Assembly (NCBI GenBank): GCA_030595325.1
Contig: JAUVDN010000002.1
Span: 705 to 64,704, forward strand
Source: Gammaproteobacteria bacterium
GTDB lineage: Bacteria; Pseudomonadota; Gammaproteobacteria; SZUA-229
Direction of reading: 5' to 3'
Length of the DNA stretch: 64,000 nucleotides
Shown here: in pieces, positions 1 through 8,606 of the stretch
Layout: each line of letters begins with the position of its first letter
Numbering within the stretch: position 1 is the first letter of the stretch
Notes under the pieces: model-generated
The model's input: only the letters and a program-made list of their open reading frames with translations
The model's database searches: none
What the model was told of the DNA's origin: nothing
Program-made: the position numbers and the translations under genes

Positions 1-521
1 GCCACAGCTACCTTGGTCATTTTTATTTTATCGGTGTTATCTCGCTTCATCTTCCATGCTGCACTGAGTCGTTTAGACTTCATTTGGCTTTCTTCAAAGG
101 CTCGGCTCATTATCACAATTGAAATGAATAATTCGTTTGTATTTAGGTTTTCATATTCATATTTCATGCCGTCTGAAAGTGTTACAATCGTTATTTGTTT
201 TTCAAGAATGGATAAAAAAAGTTTAAGAGCAGTGGGTACGCTTTGTCTTGATAGTCGGTCAAGATTTTCAACGATTAAATATGAGCCTGCGGAGATAACA
301 CCTGTTTCAATTGCTTGTAGAAAATCAGCCAATGCGCCTTGTTCAGCATTTTTTCCTTTGTATGCGCTAACGCCTTTATCATATAGCGAAAGAGATGTGT
401 CCATAATCAAATTGTTTTCCTTGCAATACAATTCAGACATTTCTTTTTGGCGTACGAGTGAGTTGCCTTTAATTTGTTCAGGTCTTGAAAACCTGATGTA
501 ACTATATGCTTTTATAGGCAT
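1..521 (-). CDS. Serine recombinase (resolvase/invertase-type catalytic domain); 5' end intact, 3' end runs off the window
   Basis: Absent from the ORF track because there is no stop inside the window. Reverse-strand translation from the ATG at 521-519 reads MPIKAYSYIRFSRPEQIKGNSLVRQKEMSELYCKENNL...GSYLIVENLDRLSRQSVPTALKLFLSILEKQITIVTLSDG. The YxRxSxxxQ nucleophile motif, GNSLxRQ and VENLDRLSR are serine-recombinase hallmarks. AAAGG lies 6 nt upstream of the ATG. The + strand ORF 13..501 is its antisense shadow. Confidence 0.8.
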   Translation of the reverse strand, partial: MPIKAYSYIRFSRPEQIKGNSLVRQKEMSELYCKENNLIMDTSLSLYDKGVSAYKGKNAEQGALADFLQAIETGVISAGSYLIVENLDRLSRQSVPTALKLFLSILEKQITIVTLSDGMKYEYENLNTNELFISIVIMSRAFEESQMKSKRLSAAWKMKRDNTDKIKMTKVAV

Positions 522-546
522 TATTGACCTTTGTGATATTTATAAT

Positions 547-1599
547 ATGAGACCAGTCCATCTTCTAACCGTAATAGAAAAAGAGTTTTTAAGTGCTTCT
601 GAACATAAGGGGTTAATATACCACACCCCTGTGATGTTGTGGGGTGCGCCAGGTGTTGGCAAATCGCAGATGGTGGCTCAGGTTGCCGAACGGCAAAACA
701 CACCACTGATTGATATCCGTTTGTCACAGATGGAGCCCAGTGACCTGCGCGGCATTCCATTTAAAGTAGGTGATACTGTCGAATGGGCAGTGCCTGCGAT
801 GTTACCTAATGCAGAGCGTCACGGTAACAACGGTATTTTATTTCTCGACGAAATTACGTCAGCTCCGCCCAGTGTGTCAGCTGCTGCGTATCAATTAATT
901 CTTGATAGAAAACTAGGTGAGTATGAAGTACCTGATGGCTGGGCGATTATTGCTGCAGGTAACAGGCAGGGTGATCGTGGTGTGACCTACAGCATGCCCG
1001 CACCGTTAGCGAACCGTTTCTCGCATTATGAAGTTGATATCAATCTGGATGACTGGGTTGCATGGGCTTATGCTAATGGCATCGACGAACGTGTTATTGC
1101 CTTTTTGCGTTTTCGTCAGGATCTATTGTTTGAGTTCGACGCATCGCAAAATCCAGTGGCGTTTCCTTCACCGCGTTCGTGGGAATTTGCACATCGTGCA
1201 TTACATAAATTTGAAGACTACCCTGAACTGTTTTCAGGTGCATTACAGGCCTGTGTAGGAAAAGCGGCCGGAATCGAACTGGCGGCATTTATCGCCAGTC
1301 TGGATCAGTTGCCGGATCTTGACGCTATCATCAAAGGCGAAGAAGTTGATACACCCAAAGAAATCGATTTACAGTATGCGGTAGCAACTGCGTTGGTTGG
1401 TCGTGCTATCCGTGCCAAAGATACGGATGATGCGATGAAGGTTCACGGAAATATTTTAACTTACGCCAACCGTTTCCCGCAGCGTGAAATGGGTGTGATG
1501 ATGGTTTCAGATATGCATCGTGCTATTGGACAGGATATTTTTTCAGTGCCGGAGTTTGCCAGTTGGGCTGACAAGATTGCTGACTTGATGCTTTATTAA
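547..1599 (+). CDS. MoxR-like AAA+ ATPase (AAA_5 / CbbQ-NorQ-CobS-like)
   Basis: Walker A GAPGVGKS, Walker B ILFLDEI, sensor-1-like IIAAGN, about 350 aa. Followed by a VWA-domain gene, the usual MoxR partner. Confidence 0.85.
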   Translation: MRPVHLLTVIEKEFLSASEHKGLIYHTPVMLWGAPGVGKSQMVAQVAERQNTPLIDIRLSQMEPSDLRGIPFKVGDTVEWAVPAMLPNAERHGNNGILFLDEITSAPPSVSAAAYQLILDRKLGEYEVPDGWAIIAAGNRQGDRGVTYSMPAPLANRFSHYEVDINLDDWVAWAYANGIDERVIAFLRFRQDLLFEFDASQNPVAFPSPRSWEFAHRALHKFEDYPELFSGALQACVGKAAGIELAAFIASLDQLPDLDAIIKGEEVDTPKEIDLQYAVATALVGRAIRAKDTDDAMKVHGNILTYANRFPQREMGVMMVSDMHRAIGQDIFSVPEFASWADKIADLMLY

Positions 1600-1602
1600 A
1601 GC

Positions 1603-1696
1603 AATGAATAACGAATAATGAATAGTGAATAATTAGAAGCTAAAAATATGGTTTATTCTCTCAGCATTATTCAGTATTCAGTATTCAGTATTCATT
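1603..1696. repeat. Inverted pair of NTGAATA heptamer arrays (32-nt arms, 30-nt spacer) between the AAA+ and VWA genes
   Basis: Left arm 1603-1634 is aatgaataacgaataatgaatagtgaataatt. Right arm 1665-1696 is cattattcagtattcagtattcagtattcatt. The reverse complement of the right arm matches the left arm at 27 of 32 positions by hand alignment. Confidence 0.75.
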
Positions 1697-1704
1697 AAGC
1701 TGTT

Positions 1705-2964
1705 ATGTCTAGCTTCCCCGATGTTGAACAAAAACTTGCTGCAGCCAGAATACGTTTAATTCTGGACAAGCCTTTTCTAGGCGCGCTGGTTTTACGACTA
1801 CCGATGGTGGCCGGTGATTCCAAATGGTGTGAGTCAACCTTCAGTGACGGTAAAACATTTTATTACAATCACGATTACATCGATGCTCTTGATCAAGAGC
1901 AGACGCAATTTGCGCTTTCACATGAAGCGCTGCATTGTGCACTTTCACATTTTCATCGCCGTGGCCATCGGGTAAAACACCGTTGGGACCTGGCCTGCGA
2001 TTATGCGGTTAACCCTCTATTAATAAATGATGGCTTAAAGCCGACACCCGATGCCATGCACCTTCGCGAATATGAGGGTATGACGGCGGAAGAAATCTAC
2101 CCTTGTCTCGAAGATAATGATAATGATGGCGAACGGGATTTAGAAAGTAAAAAGCAATCTGATAATGCTGATAGTGATGATGAACAATCAAGTCAGGGCA
2201 ATGGCGGTGGTGGCAAGGAAAAGGAAAAACAAAACGACGAGCAGAGTGAAGGTCAGGGCGAACAGGATAAAGATCAGGATGATGCGGGTAAGGGTGGCTC
2301 AACGCCGCAACCAGCAGGATTGTCTCAGCAAGAAGAGGATGAGTTAAGTCTGCAATGGGAGCAACGTCTGGCAGGCGCTGCACAACAGGCATTACAGTCA
2401 GGTAAGTTAGAAGGTGAAATGGCTAGAATGGTTGATCATCTGCTGCAGCCAAAACTACCCTGGCGCATGTTGCTTGCACGTTATATGTCAGCCACCGCCA
2501 GGGAAGATTACAGTTATACAAGACCTTCATCACGCCGTGGAGATCCGGCGGTTTATCCGAGTATGCGTAGCAACGAGACTAATATCGTTGTTGCTGTTGA
2601 TACCAGCGGTTCGATAGACCAGGAAGAAATCGAAGAATTTATTTCAGAGATCGATGCAATAAAAAGTCAGGTGCGTGCCAGTGTTACGCTGCTTACTTGT
2701 GATTCAAAATTAAATTATGGTTGTCCCTGGTTTTTTGAGGCATGGGATCAGTTTCAGTTTGACGTGGAGATTCGTGGCGGTGGTGGCACAAACTTTAAAC
2801 CAGTTTTTGAGTGGGTCGAAAAGCAGGATAAAGCACCAGATTTACTGGTTTATTTTACTGATGCAGATGGTGTGTTTCCAGAAGTTGAACCAAATTTCCC
2901 TGTGACATGGTTGGTCAAGGGTAAATCAAAAGTGCCTTTCGGTGTAAGGGTTCAGTTAAATTAG
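1705..2964 (+). CDS. VWA-domain protein with N-terminal putative Zn-metallopeptidase domain (DUF2201-type architecture)
   Basis: HExxH motif (SHEALHCALSHFHRRGH), MIDAS DxSxS motif (VVAVDTSGSID), and a roughly 80-residue acidic/Gly low-complexity insert (DNDNDGERDLESKKQSDNADSDDEQSSQGNGGGGKEKEKQNDEQSEGQGEQDKDQDD). Sits downstream of the MoxR ATPase. Confidence 0.75.
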   Translation: MSSFPDVEQKLAAARIRLILDKPFLGALVLRLPMVAGDSKWCESTFSDGKTFYYNHDYIDALDQEQTQFALSHEALHCALSHFHRRGHRVKHRWDLACDYAVNPLLINDGLKPTPDAMHLREYEGMTAEEIYPCLEDNDNDGERDLESKKQSDNADSDDEQSSQGNGGGGKEKEKQNDEQSEGQGEQDKDQDDAGKGGSTPQPAGLSQQEEDELSLQWEQRLAGAAQQALQSGKLEGEMARMVDHLLQPKLPWRMLLARYMSATAREDYSYTRPSSRRGDPAVYPSMRSNETNIVVAVDTSGSIDQEEIEEFISEIDAIKSQVRASVTLLTCDSKLNYGCPWFFEAWDQFQFDVEIRGGGGTNFKPVFEWVEKQDKAPDLLVYFTDADGVFPEVEPNFPVTWLVKGKSKVPFGVRVQLN

Positions 2965-4089
2965 ATGGCACTTTCAGCAGAAGATAACTTACGTCTAAAC
3001 GTTTTGCTTGCGCAAGAGCTTTATGCTGTGCGTATCGATGAATCAAAGATGATTGTCTACGCATTAACCGCTAAAGGTGAGGCAAAGGTTCCTCTCAATG
3101 CGATAGGTAAAGACGATCCTTATTTAAAAGAGATTAAAGCATTATTTAGTACCCATGTAATGGGATCTCCTGGCGGTTATCCTGTCTATCTGAAGCGATG
3201 GACACGTATGGGGCAGGCGCGTGATGATAGTCTCGCGCAATTGTTATTGCTCGGCGAGCCTGAAGCAGTTGTGGCAGCAGTGCATGCACCAGGCTTAACT
3301 GATGAGATGGCAGCGCGAGCTTGGTGGGCAATGCCAACGTCAGAAAATGCAAGACGCATGTTGGAGAAACAAGCTGTCGTCGAAGGCGAGACGGGAAAAG
3401 TGCTAGCGGAATTCTTACTGGAGTTCTTACCGTTTGAAGAAGAGCAGAGTGATATGATTGATTCTGTTCGACTTGTGTTGCAGCCAGGGCTCATCAGTCA
3501 GCAAGAGAAAGATAAACTCTGGAAAAAAACAAAATCAAAGCGAAGTTTCTATGTTGGTTTTTTACATGCTGCAGCAGATGATCTACCGATTGATGTGGCT
3601 GCTCATGCTGATTATGAAACGGTTAAAGAGAAACTGCTTTCTTTAATCGAGAAAGAAAATCCATATGCAATAATGTTGGAAAAAGTATTAAGTGAAAATG
3701 GTCAGGCTTTTGTCCAAACAGTAGAAGATGCAATTAAGAAGCCGGGTAATCAGGATGTTGTGGTTTCGTTATTGTCCGCTGTAGCGAAATATTTTGAAAG
3801 TATTGTTCCAGATGTATTTACAGAGGATGACGTTGAAATTATCCGTACTGAAGCTAATGCGTTATGTTGTGGTGATAATGAATCTCTTAACGAAGTACTT
3901 GCCGTGCTTAATGATTCAAATGATAAAGTTCAGGATTATCTCTGCGCCATGACTGTATTGGCTTGTTTGAGTGTCAAACTGGTTAATCCTATCTTTGCTC
4001 GTACTGATGCTATTGGTACAGTGATGCGTAAAAAAATAAAACCGGTAACAGATCCTATACTAGAACAACTCCAAATACTGCGTAACTAA
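2965..4089 (+). CDS. Hypothetical protein (374 aa), no recognisable motif; start abuts the VWA gene stop
   Basis: Long ORF on the same strand. Its ATG at 2965 immediately follows the TAG at 2962-2964. Composition is protein-like, with no TM segment or signal peptide apparent. Confidence 0.6.
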   Translation: MALSAEDNLRLNVLLAQELYAVRIDESKMIVYALTAKGEAKVPLNAIGKDDPYLKEIKALFSTHVMGSPGGYPVYLKRWTRMGQARDDSLAQLLLLGEPEAVVAAVHAPGLTDEMAARAWWAMPTSENARRMLEKQAVVEGETGKVLAEFLLEFLPFEEEQSDMIDSVRLVLQPGLISQQEKDKLWKKTKSKRSFYVGFLHAAADDLPIDVAAHADYETVKEKLLSLIEKENPYAIMLEKVLSENGQAFVQTVEDAIKKPGNQDVVVSLLSAVAKYFESIVPDVFTEDDVEIIRTEANALCCGDNESLNEVLAVLNDSNDKVQDYLCAMTVLACLSVKLVNPIFARTDAIGTVMRKKIKPVTDPILEQLQILRN

Positions 4090-4098
4090 AATTTAAGT

Positions 4099-4638
4099 AT
4101 GCGATTTGATAAAGTACTTATTATCATTGATGTGCAATTGAAGGCCGATCAATTACAGCAATATTTGCCCTGTTCAGTAAATATTATCGGTAGAACATTG
4201 GCTGCGATTGCTGATGAATACGAAAAAGAAAACAAAACCGGTTACTACCCTGCAATTGATTTCTTTAAGAAGCTGGATAGCGTTGATCCTGATTTAATTG
4301 CATCAGCAGAACAGGTGGCATGGCTGGTGGCAAAGTTGGCACGTGAAACCATCCAGTTAAAATTACGTCCTATCTTTTCATCTGTGCAAATTCAATCGAT
4401 TCAGACGCTTGCGTTTTCTTTGCCTAAGATCCGTCCAAACAAAGCAGATGCTATTGATCAGCTTGCAAAGCATTACACGCCAGACAGTGTGAAAATAGAA
4501 CTTGTGCTTACTATGATGCGTCGTGATTCAGAATCAGAAGACAATCGTGCTGTGTTGTACGCAAGAAAGATGATGTTTCGTTGGTTGGAGTCAGAATTTG
4601 AAATGATTGAGGTGACTAGCTCTAAGTCTTTGCAGTGA
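4099..4638 (+). CDS. Hypothetical protein (179 aa), no recognisable motif
   Basis: Same-strand ORF starting 9 nt after the previous stop. No clear SD sequence. No motif recognised. Confidence 0.5.
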   Translation: MRFDKVLIIIDVQLKADQLQQYLPCSVNIIGRTLAAIADEYEKENKTGYYPAIDFFKKLDSVDPDLIASAEQVAWLVAKLARETIQLKLRPIFSSVQIQSIQTLAFSLPKIRPNKADAIDQLAKHYTPDSVKIELVLTMMRRDSESEDNRAVLYARKMMFRWLESEFEMIEVTSSKSLQ

Positions 4639-4649
4639 ATTTAATATTA

Positions 4650-4991
4650 TTAAAGCAGTAACTTATATTCATCGTCTTTAAAACCAATCAGTATTGCATT
4701 TCCACTTTCGAGTACGGGACGTTTTATCGCGCTTGGGTTTTCCAGCATAACTTTTATCGCTGACTTTTCATCAATGTTGTTTTTGATGTCGTCACCAAGT
4801 TTTCGCCAGGTGGTTCCGCGTTTATTTAGTACGATTTCCCAACCCGCTTTTTGAATCCATTGTTTCAGGCATTTCTCAGGCACGCCCAGCTTTTTATAAT
4901 CGTGGAATTCGTATTTCAGATTATTGTTATCTAACCACTTGCGAGCTTTCTTCATGGTGTCGCAATTAGGAATGCCGTATATTTTAATCAT
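4650..4991 (-). CDS. yffB: ArsC/Spx-family glutaredoxin-like protein (YffB-like)
   Basis: MIKIYGIPNCDTMKKARKWLDNNNLKYEFHDYKK...RGTTWRKL...IKRPVL closely parallels E. coli YffB. The track ORF starts at 5015, but Met9 (4991) matches the family N-terminus. The position next to dapD is conserved. Confidence 0.8.
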   Translation of the reverse strand: MIKIYGIPNCDTMKKARKWLDNNNLKYEFHDYKKLGVPEKCLKQWIQKAGWEIVLNKRGTTWRKLGDDIKNNIDEKSAIKVMLENPSAIKRPVLESGNAILIGFKDDEYKLLL

Positions 4992-5012
4992 AGTATTCTG
5001 CTTTATATCACA

Positions 5013-5041
5013 CATAAACCCCTCTCCCTATGGGAGAGGGG
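5013..5041 (-). terminator. GC-rich perfect hairpin followed by a T-run (minus strand) downstream of dapD
   Basis: cccctctccc-tat-gggagagggg at 5019-5041 gives a 10-bp perfect stem with a 3-nt loop. On the minus strand it is followed by TTTATGTG. Confidence 0.5.
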
Positions 5042-5061
5042 CGGGGTGAGGGTATGATTAT

Positions 5062-5886
5062 TTAATCAATATCACGCAGTAATTCATTTAAGCCAGTCTT
5101 ACCACGAGTTTTTTCATCTACCTGTTTAACGATTACTGCGCAGTAAAGACTGTATGTACCGTCTTTGGATGGTAGGTTACCGGATACAACAACAGAGCCG
5201 GCTGGTATGCGACCGTATGAAATTTCACCGGTCATACGATTAAATATTTTTGTGCTTTGGCCGATGTAGACACCCATTGATATAACAGAGCCTTCTTCAA
5301 CGATAACACCTTCTACAACTTCTGAGCGTGCACCGATGAAACAGTTGTCTTCAATAATAGTTGGAGAGGCCTGTAGTGGTTCTAAAACGCCACCAATGCC
5401 AACACCGCCAGAGAGGTGAACGTTTTTACCTATCTGTGCACATGAGCCGACTGTTGCCCAGGTATCGACCATAGTGCCGGTATCAACGTAAGCACCAATG
5501 TTTACGTATGACGGCATCAGTACTACGCTTGGCGCAACATAAGAACCAAAGCGAGCTGTTGCTGGTGGTACCACGCGGACACCTGATTCACGAAATTCTT
5601 TTGTGTTTAGGTCGGCAAATTTGGAATTAACTTTGTCGTAGTAATTGGTGAAGCCGCCTTTGATAAATTCGTTATCATTGATGCGGAAAGAAAGCAACAC
5701 TGCTTTTTTCAACCATTCATTGACTACCCAGTCGCCATCAATTTTTTCAGCGACACGTGCTTCACCTGAATCGAGTAAGTTTACCGCCTGTGTAACAGCA
5801 TCAGAGATGTGTGTTTCTACGTTACGTGGTGTGATATCGGCGCGGCGTTCGAATGCTTCTTCTATTATGCTTTTTAATTCAGACAT
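5062..5886 (-). CDS. dapD: 2,3,4,5-tetrahydropyridine-2,6-dicarboxylate N-succinyltransferase
   Basis: 274 aa with hexapeptide-repeat C-terminal half, a typical DapD N-terminus ([20 protein letters not shown]) and the [34 protein letters not shown] region. Confidence 0.93.
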   Translation of the reverse strand: MSELKSIIEEAFERRADITPRNVETHISDAVTQAVNLLDSGEARVAEKIDGDWVVNEWLKKAVLLSFRINDNEFIKGGFTNYYDKVNSKFADLNTKEFRESGVRVVPPATARFGSYVAPSVVLMPSYVNIGAYVDTGTMVDTWATVGSCAQIGKNVHLSGGVGIGGVLEPLQASPTIIEDNCFIGARSEVVEGVIVEEGSVISMGVYIGQSTKIFNRMTGEISYGRIPAGSVVVSGNLPSKDGTYSLYCAVIVKQVDEKTRGKTGLNELLRDID

Positions 5887-5927
5887 GGTGTGTTCTCCAA
5901 AAAATGTTTGTTTCTAATTGATTATTT

Positions 5928-7148
5928 CTAATTGTTTGTGTTTAATGTTTGTATGTATTCTTTAATTCGATTGGCAGCGGTAATGCACTCATCTAATGGC
6001 GCAACCAATGCAAGACGGACGTGATTTTTTCCAGGGTTTATACCATCGCTTTCACGGGATAGGTAACTGCCTGGTAGTACGGTGACGTTTTGTTGTGCAA
6101 ACAAATCTTTAGCAAAATTTTCATCATCGATGGGTGTGTTTAACCATAGGTAAAAACCAGCATCTGGCAGTGTTACGTTGATGACCGGTTTTAATATTTC
6201 AATGACAGCATCAAACTTTTTAACGTAAAGTTCTCGGTTGTGTTTGACGTGTGTTTCATCATTCCATGCTTCTATGCTGGCGATTTGGTGCACAGGTGGC
6301 ATGGCACACCCGTGATACGTGCGGTAGAGCACATATGATTTAATCAGATTTTCATCACCGGCAACAAAACCTGAGCGCATACCGGGAAGGTTTGAGCGTT
6401 TCGATAAACTATGAAACACGATGCAGTTTTCAAAAGATTTGTTGCCGTATTCTTCAGCGGCTTCTAATAGTCCTGCTGGAGGGTTGCTTTCATCAAAGTA
6501 AATCTCTGAATAACATTCATCAGAGACGATAGTGAAATTGTGTTTTAGTGCGAGAGCTATCAGCTTTTTGAGTTGCTGTTTTGAGATAACACTACCAGTA
6601 GGATTACCCGGTGTGCAGATGTAGATAATCTGACAGCTATCCCAGGTGCTCTCTTCAATCGCATCAAAATCGGGCAAATAATTATTTTCTTTTTCTGTGT
6701 TGTAGAAATAAGGTTCGGCTCCTGATAGAAAGGCAGCTCCCTCATATATTTGATAAAAAGGGTTCGGCATTAATACCAGTGCACCATCAGAGCGATTGAC
6801 CATGCATTGAGCGAAGGAAAATAATGCTTCACGTGTGCCTGTTACGGGTAGGATGTTTGTTTCAGCATCGAGCGCGTCTGCCGCTAATTTAAATCGACGT
6901 GTTAACCAGTTAGCGATAGCTAATCGTAATTCCAGACTGCCTTTTGTAAGCGGGTAGCGATTAATCTGGTTCAGATTGTTGGTAATAGATTCCAGTACAA
7001 ATTTTGGTGCGTCATGTTTAGGTTCGCCGATAGAGAGTGCGATGTGACCTTCGATAGCCGGTTGACCATTTTCTAGCTGGCAGCTTGCTTTTAAAGCGTT
7101 GAGCTTTTCAAACGGGTAGGGTTGAAGTTTTTGTAAATCTGGATTCAT
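5928..7148 (-). CDS. dapC: Succinyldiaminopimelate transaminase (class I/II aminotransferase)
   Basis: N-terminus MNPDLQKLQPYPFEKLNALK is typical of proteobacterial DapC. PLP-lysine context is SLSKRSNLPGMRSGF. Adjacent to dapD. Confidence 0.75.
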   Translation of the reverse strand: MNPDLQKLQPYPFEKLNALKASCQLENGQPAIEGHIALSIGEPKHDAPKFVLESITNNLNQINRYPLTKGSLELRLAIANWLTRRFKLAADALDAETNILPVTGTREALFSFAQCMVNRSDGALVLMPNPFYQIYEGAAFLSGAEPYFYNTEKENNYLPDFDAIEESTWDSCQIIYICTPGNPTGSVISKQQLKKLIALALKHNFTIVSDECYSEIYFDESNPPAGLLEAAEEYGNKSFENCIVFHSLSKRSNLPGMRSGFVAGDENLIKSYVLYRTYHGCAMPPVHQIASIEAWNDETHVKHNRELYVKKFDAVIEILKPVINVTLPDAGFYLWLNTPIDDENFAKDLFAQQNVTVLPGSYLSRESDGINPGKNHVRLALVAPLDECITAANRIKEYIQTLNTNN

Positions 7149-7202
7149 TTCGGGGTCGATAATTTATCTTGTGTGGTGCTATACAATGGTAATCATAAAC
7201 GT

Positions 7203-7228
7203 TGACTACAAATGGTGACTACAAACAG
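7203..7228. repeat. 13-nt direct repeat x2 (tgactacaaaNNN) in the dapC / VOC divergent promoter region
   Basis: tgactacaaa occurs at 7203-7212 and again at 7216-7225. Confidence 0.6.
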
Positions 7229-7319
7229 TAATCGCTAACTGAATAGCTGTGGGCTAAGTTGCACAATGTAGCAGGGGCGGTATTATAAGCGATTTATCAT
7301 ATTCCTTCAGGGGTAATCT

Positions 7320-7706
7320 ATGCCGCAAGATAGTCTGCCGCTAATTAAGGCACTTGATCACTGCAGTCTAATCGTCAACAGCACCAGTAAAGCACTTGAG
7401 TTTTATGTGGGAATATTGAACTTAGAAGTCGACGATGCACGCCCCGACCTTGGTTATCCCGGGGTCTGGTTGAAAGTAGGTGAGAGTCAAATACATTTGT
7501 TAGAGCTACCTAATCCAGATTCTGTTGATGACAGGCCTGAACATGGTGGTCGTGATCATCATGTAGCTTTACAGGTGGTAGATTTAAATATTCTTATCCA
7601 ACGGCTTAAAGCGGCGAATATAAGGTATACGAAAAGTAAATCGGGTCGTGAAGCTTTATTTTGTCGAGACTATGATGGTAATGCCATTGAGCTTCTAGAG
7701 CGCTAA
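7320..7706 (+). CDS. VOC (glyoxalase/bleomycin-resistance/dioxygenase) family protein
   Basis: 128 aa with LDHCSLIV...ALEFYVGILNLEV...HVALQV...DYDGNAIELLE, the typical VOC beta-alpha-beta-beta-beta module pattern. Confidence 0.7.
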   Translation: MPQDSLPLIKALDHCSLIVNSTSKALEFYVGILNLEVDDARPDLGYPGVWLKVGESQIHLLELPNPDSVDDRPEHGGRDHHVALQVVDLNILIQRLKAANIRYTKSKSGREALFCRDYDGNAIELLER

Positions 7707-7811
7707 ATTAATGTAACCTATTGATATACATATTATATATATTAATTGAATGCTGTTCTTGGCGAGTAATAATTGACATTTAGTGCAATCTATATTAGAA
7801 TCAACTAATAT

Positions 7812-8507
7812 ATGAAAAACTTAATATTCAAAACATTACAGCTTACTCTGTTAGGAGTGATGCTTTATATCCCCGCACTAGCATTTGCCGAAGATGAGGA
7901 TGTTTGTGCGCCATTAAAAGGTGCACAGATAGATCAGAACATATTAGCAGTAATGCTTAAAGCTGCTGATGATGGTGGTCTGTATCGTATTCAACCCGAT
8001 TCGTCAAAAATGGGGTTTTGTATAAATAGTCCGGTAGGTAAAGTCGAAGCAGAATTTCATCGTTTTAACGGTGGTTTGGCATTAAAAGAGTTTAATGCGC
8101 AAAGTCCATCTTCGAAATCAAGTGTTTCGCAAGGCAGTGTAGTCGTCAGAATTGCGGTTGATAGTCTGGAAACAGACTCGATGGTTATTGAGTCCATGTT
8201 AAAAAGTGAAAGCTTTTTTGATAGTGAGAAATACCCGGATATCATATTTGTTAGTACAGAGATTGAATGGATAAGTGATAAAAAAGCCATCTTTAAAGGT
8301 GACTTGACCATGCGCGGTATTACTAAAAAAGTTGCTTTTTACGTTGATCTGAAAAAAGTAAAAACACCGCAGGGTGAAGATGTGGTTACAGTCAAAGCGA
8401 CAACAACTATCCAGCGCTCACAGTTTGATATGTTTACACTTTCACCGTTAGTTGATGACCGCGTGAACCTGTGCATGACTATTGATGCTTATCGTTATAA
8501 AGCCTGA
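7812..8507 (+). CDS. YceI-family periplasmic protein
   Basis: Signal peptide MKNLIFKTLQLTLLGVMLYIPALAFA. The C-terminal half, FDSEKYPDIIFVST...FKGDLTMRGITKKVAFYV, matches the YceI-like domain pattern. Confidence 0.72.
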   Translation: MKNLIFKTLQLTLLGVMLYIPALAFAEDEDVCAPLKGAQIDQNILAVMLKAADDGGLYRIQPDSSKMGFCINSPVGKVEAEFHRFNGGLALKEFNAQSPSSKSSVSQGSVVVRIAVDSLETDSMVIESMLKSESFFDSEKYPDIIFVSTEIEWISDKKAIFKGDLTMRGITKKVAFYVDLKKVKTPQGEDVVTVKATTTIQRSQFDMFTLSPLVDDRVNLCMTIDAYRYKA

Positions 8508-8529
8508 GTATTATTGCTTTGGCTGTAGT

Positions 8530-8557
8530 TATTTGAGTGTTGCTATTTGAGTGCTAC
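8530..8557. repeat. 14-nt tandem repeat x2 between convergent yceI-like and msrB genes
   Basis: tatttgagtgttgc (8530-8543) followed by tatttgagtgctac (8544-8557). Confidence 0.6.
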
Positions 8558-8606
8558 TAATGGTGCATGATACTAAGCATCGCTACTATAGTCCTTTCTC
8601 TCTGAC

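Noticed and set aside
13-501. 162-aa + strand ORF at the left edge
   Set aside because: It is hydrophobic and low-complexity with no motifs. It lies exactly antisense to a reverse-strand frame carrying clear serine-recombinase motifs, so it is a shadow ORF.
1603-1696. TGAATAA repeats resembling ARG boxes (TGAAT-N4-ATTCA) or Fur-box hexamer arrays (GATAAT)
   Set aside because: The units are direct heptamers, not the 18-bp ARG palindrome. They have a 7-nt rather than 6-nt period and GAATAAT rather than GATAAT. The flanking genes are unrelated to arginine or iron, so a repeat-element explanation fits better.
2009-2392. 127-aa antisense ORF inside the VWA gene (and + frame ORF 2165..2347)
   Set aside because: It overlaps the acidic low-complexity coding tract. 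Its His/Pro-rich composition is typical of alternative-frame readings of a repeat, and it has no start context.
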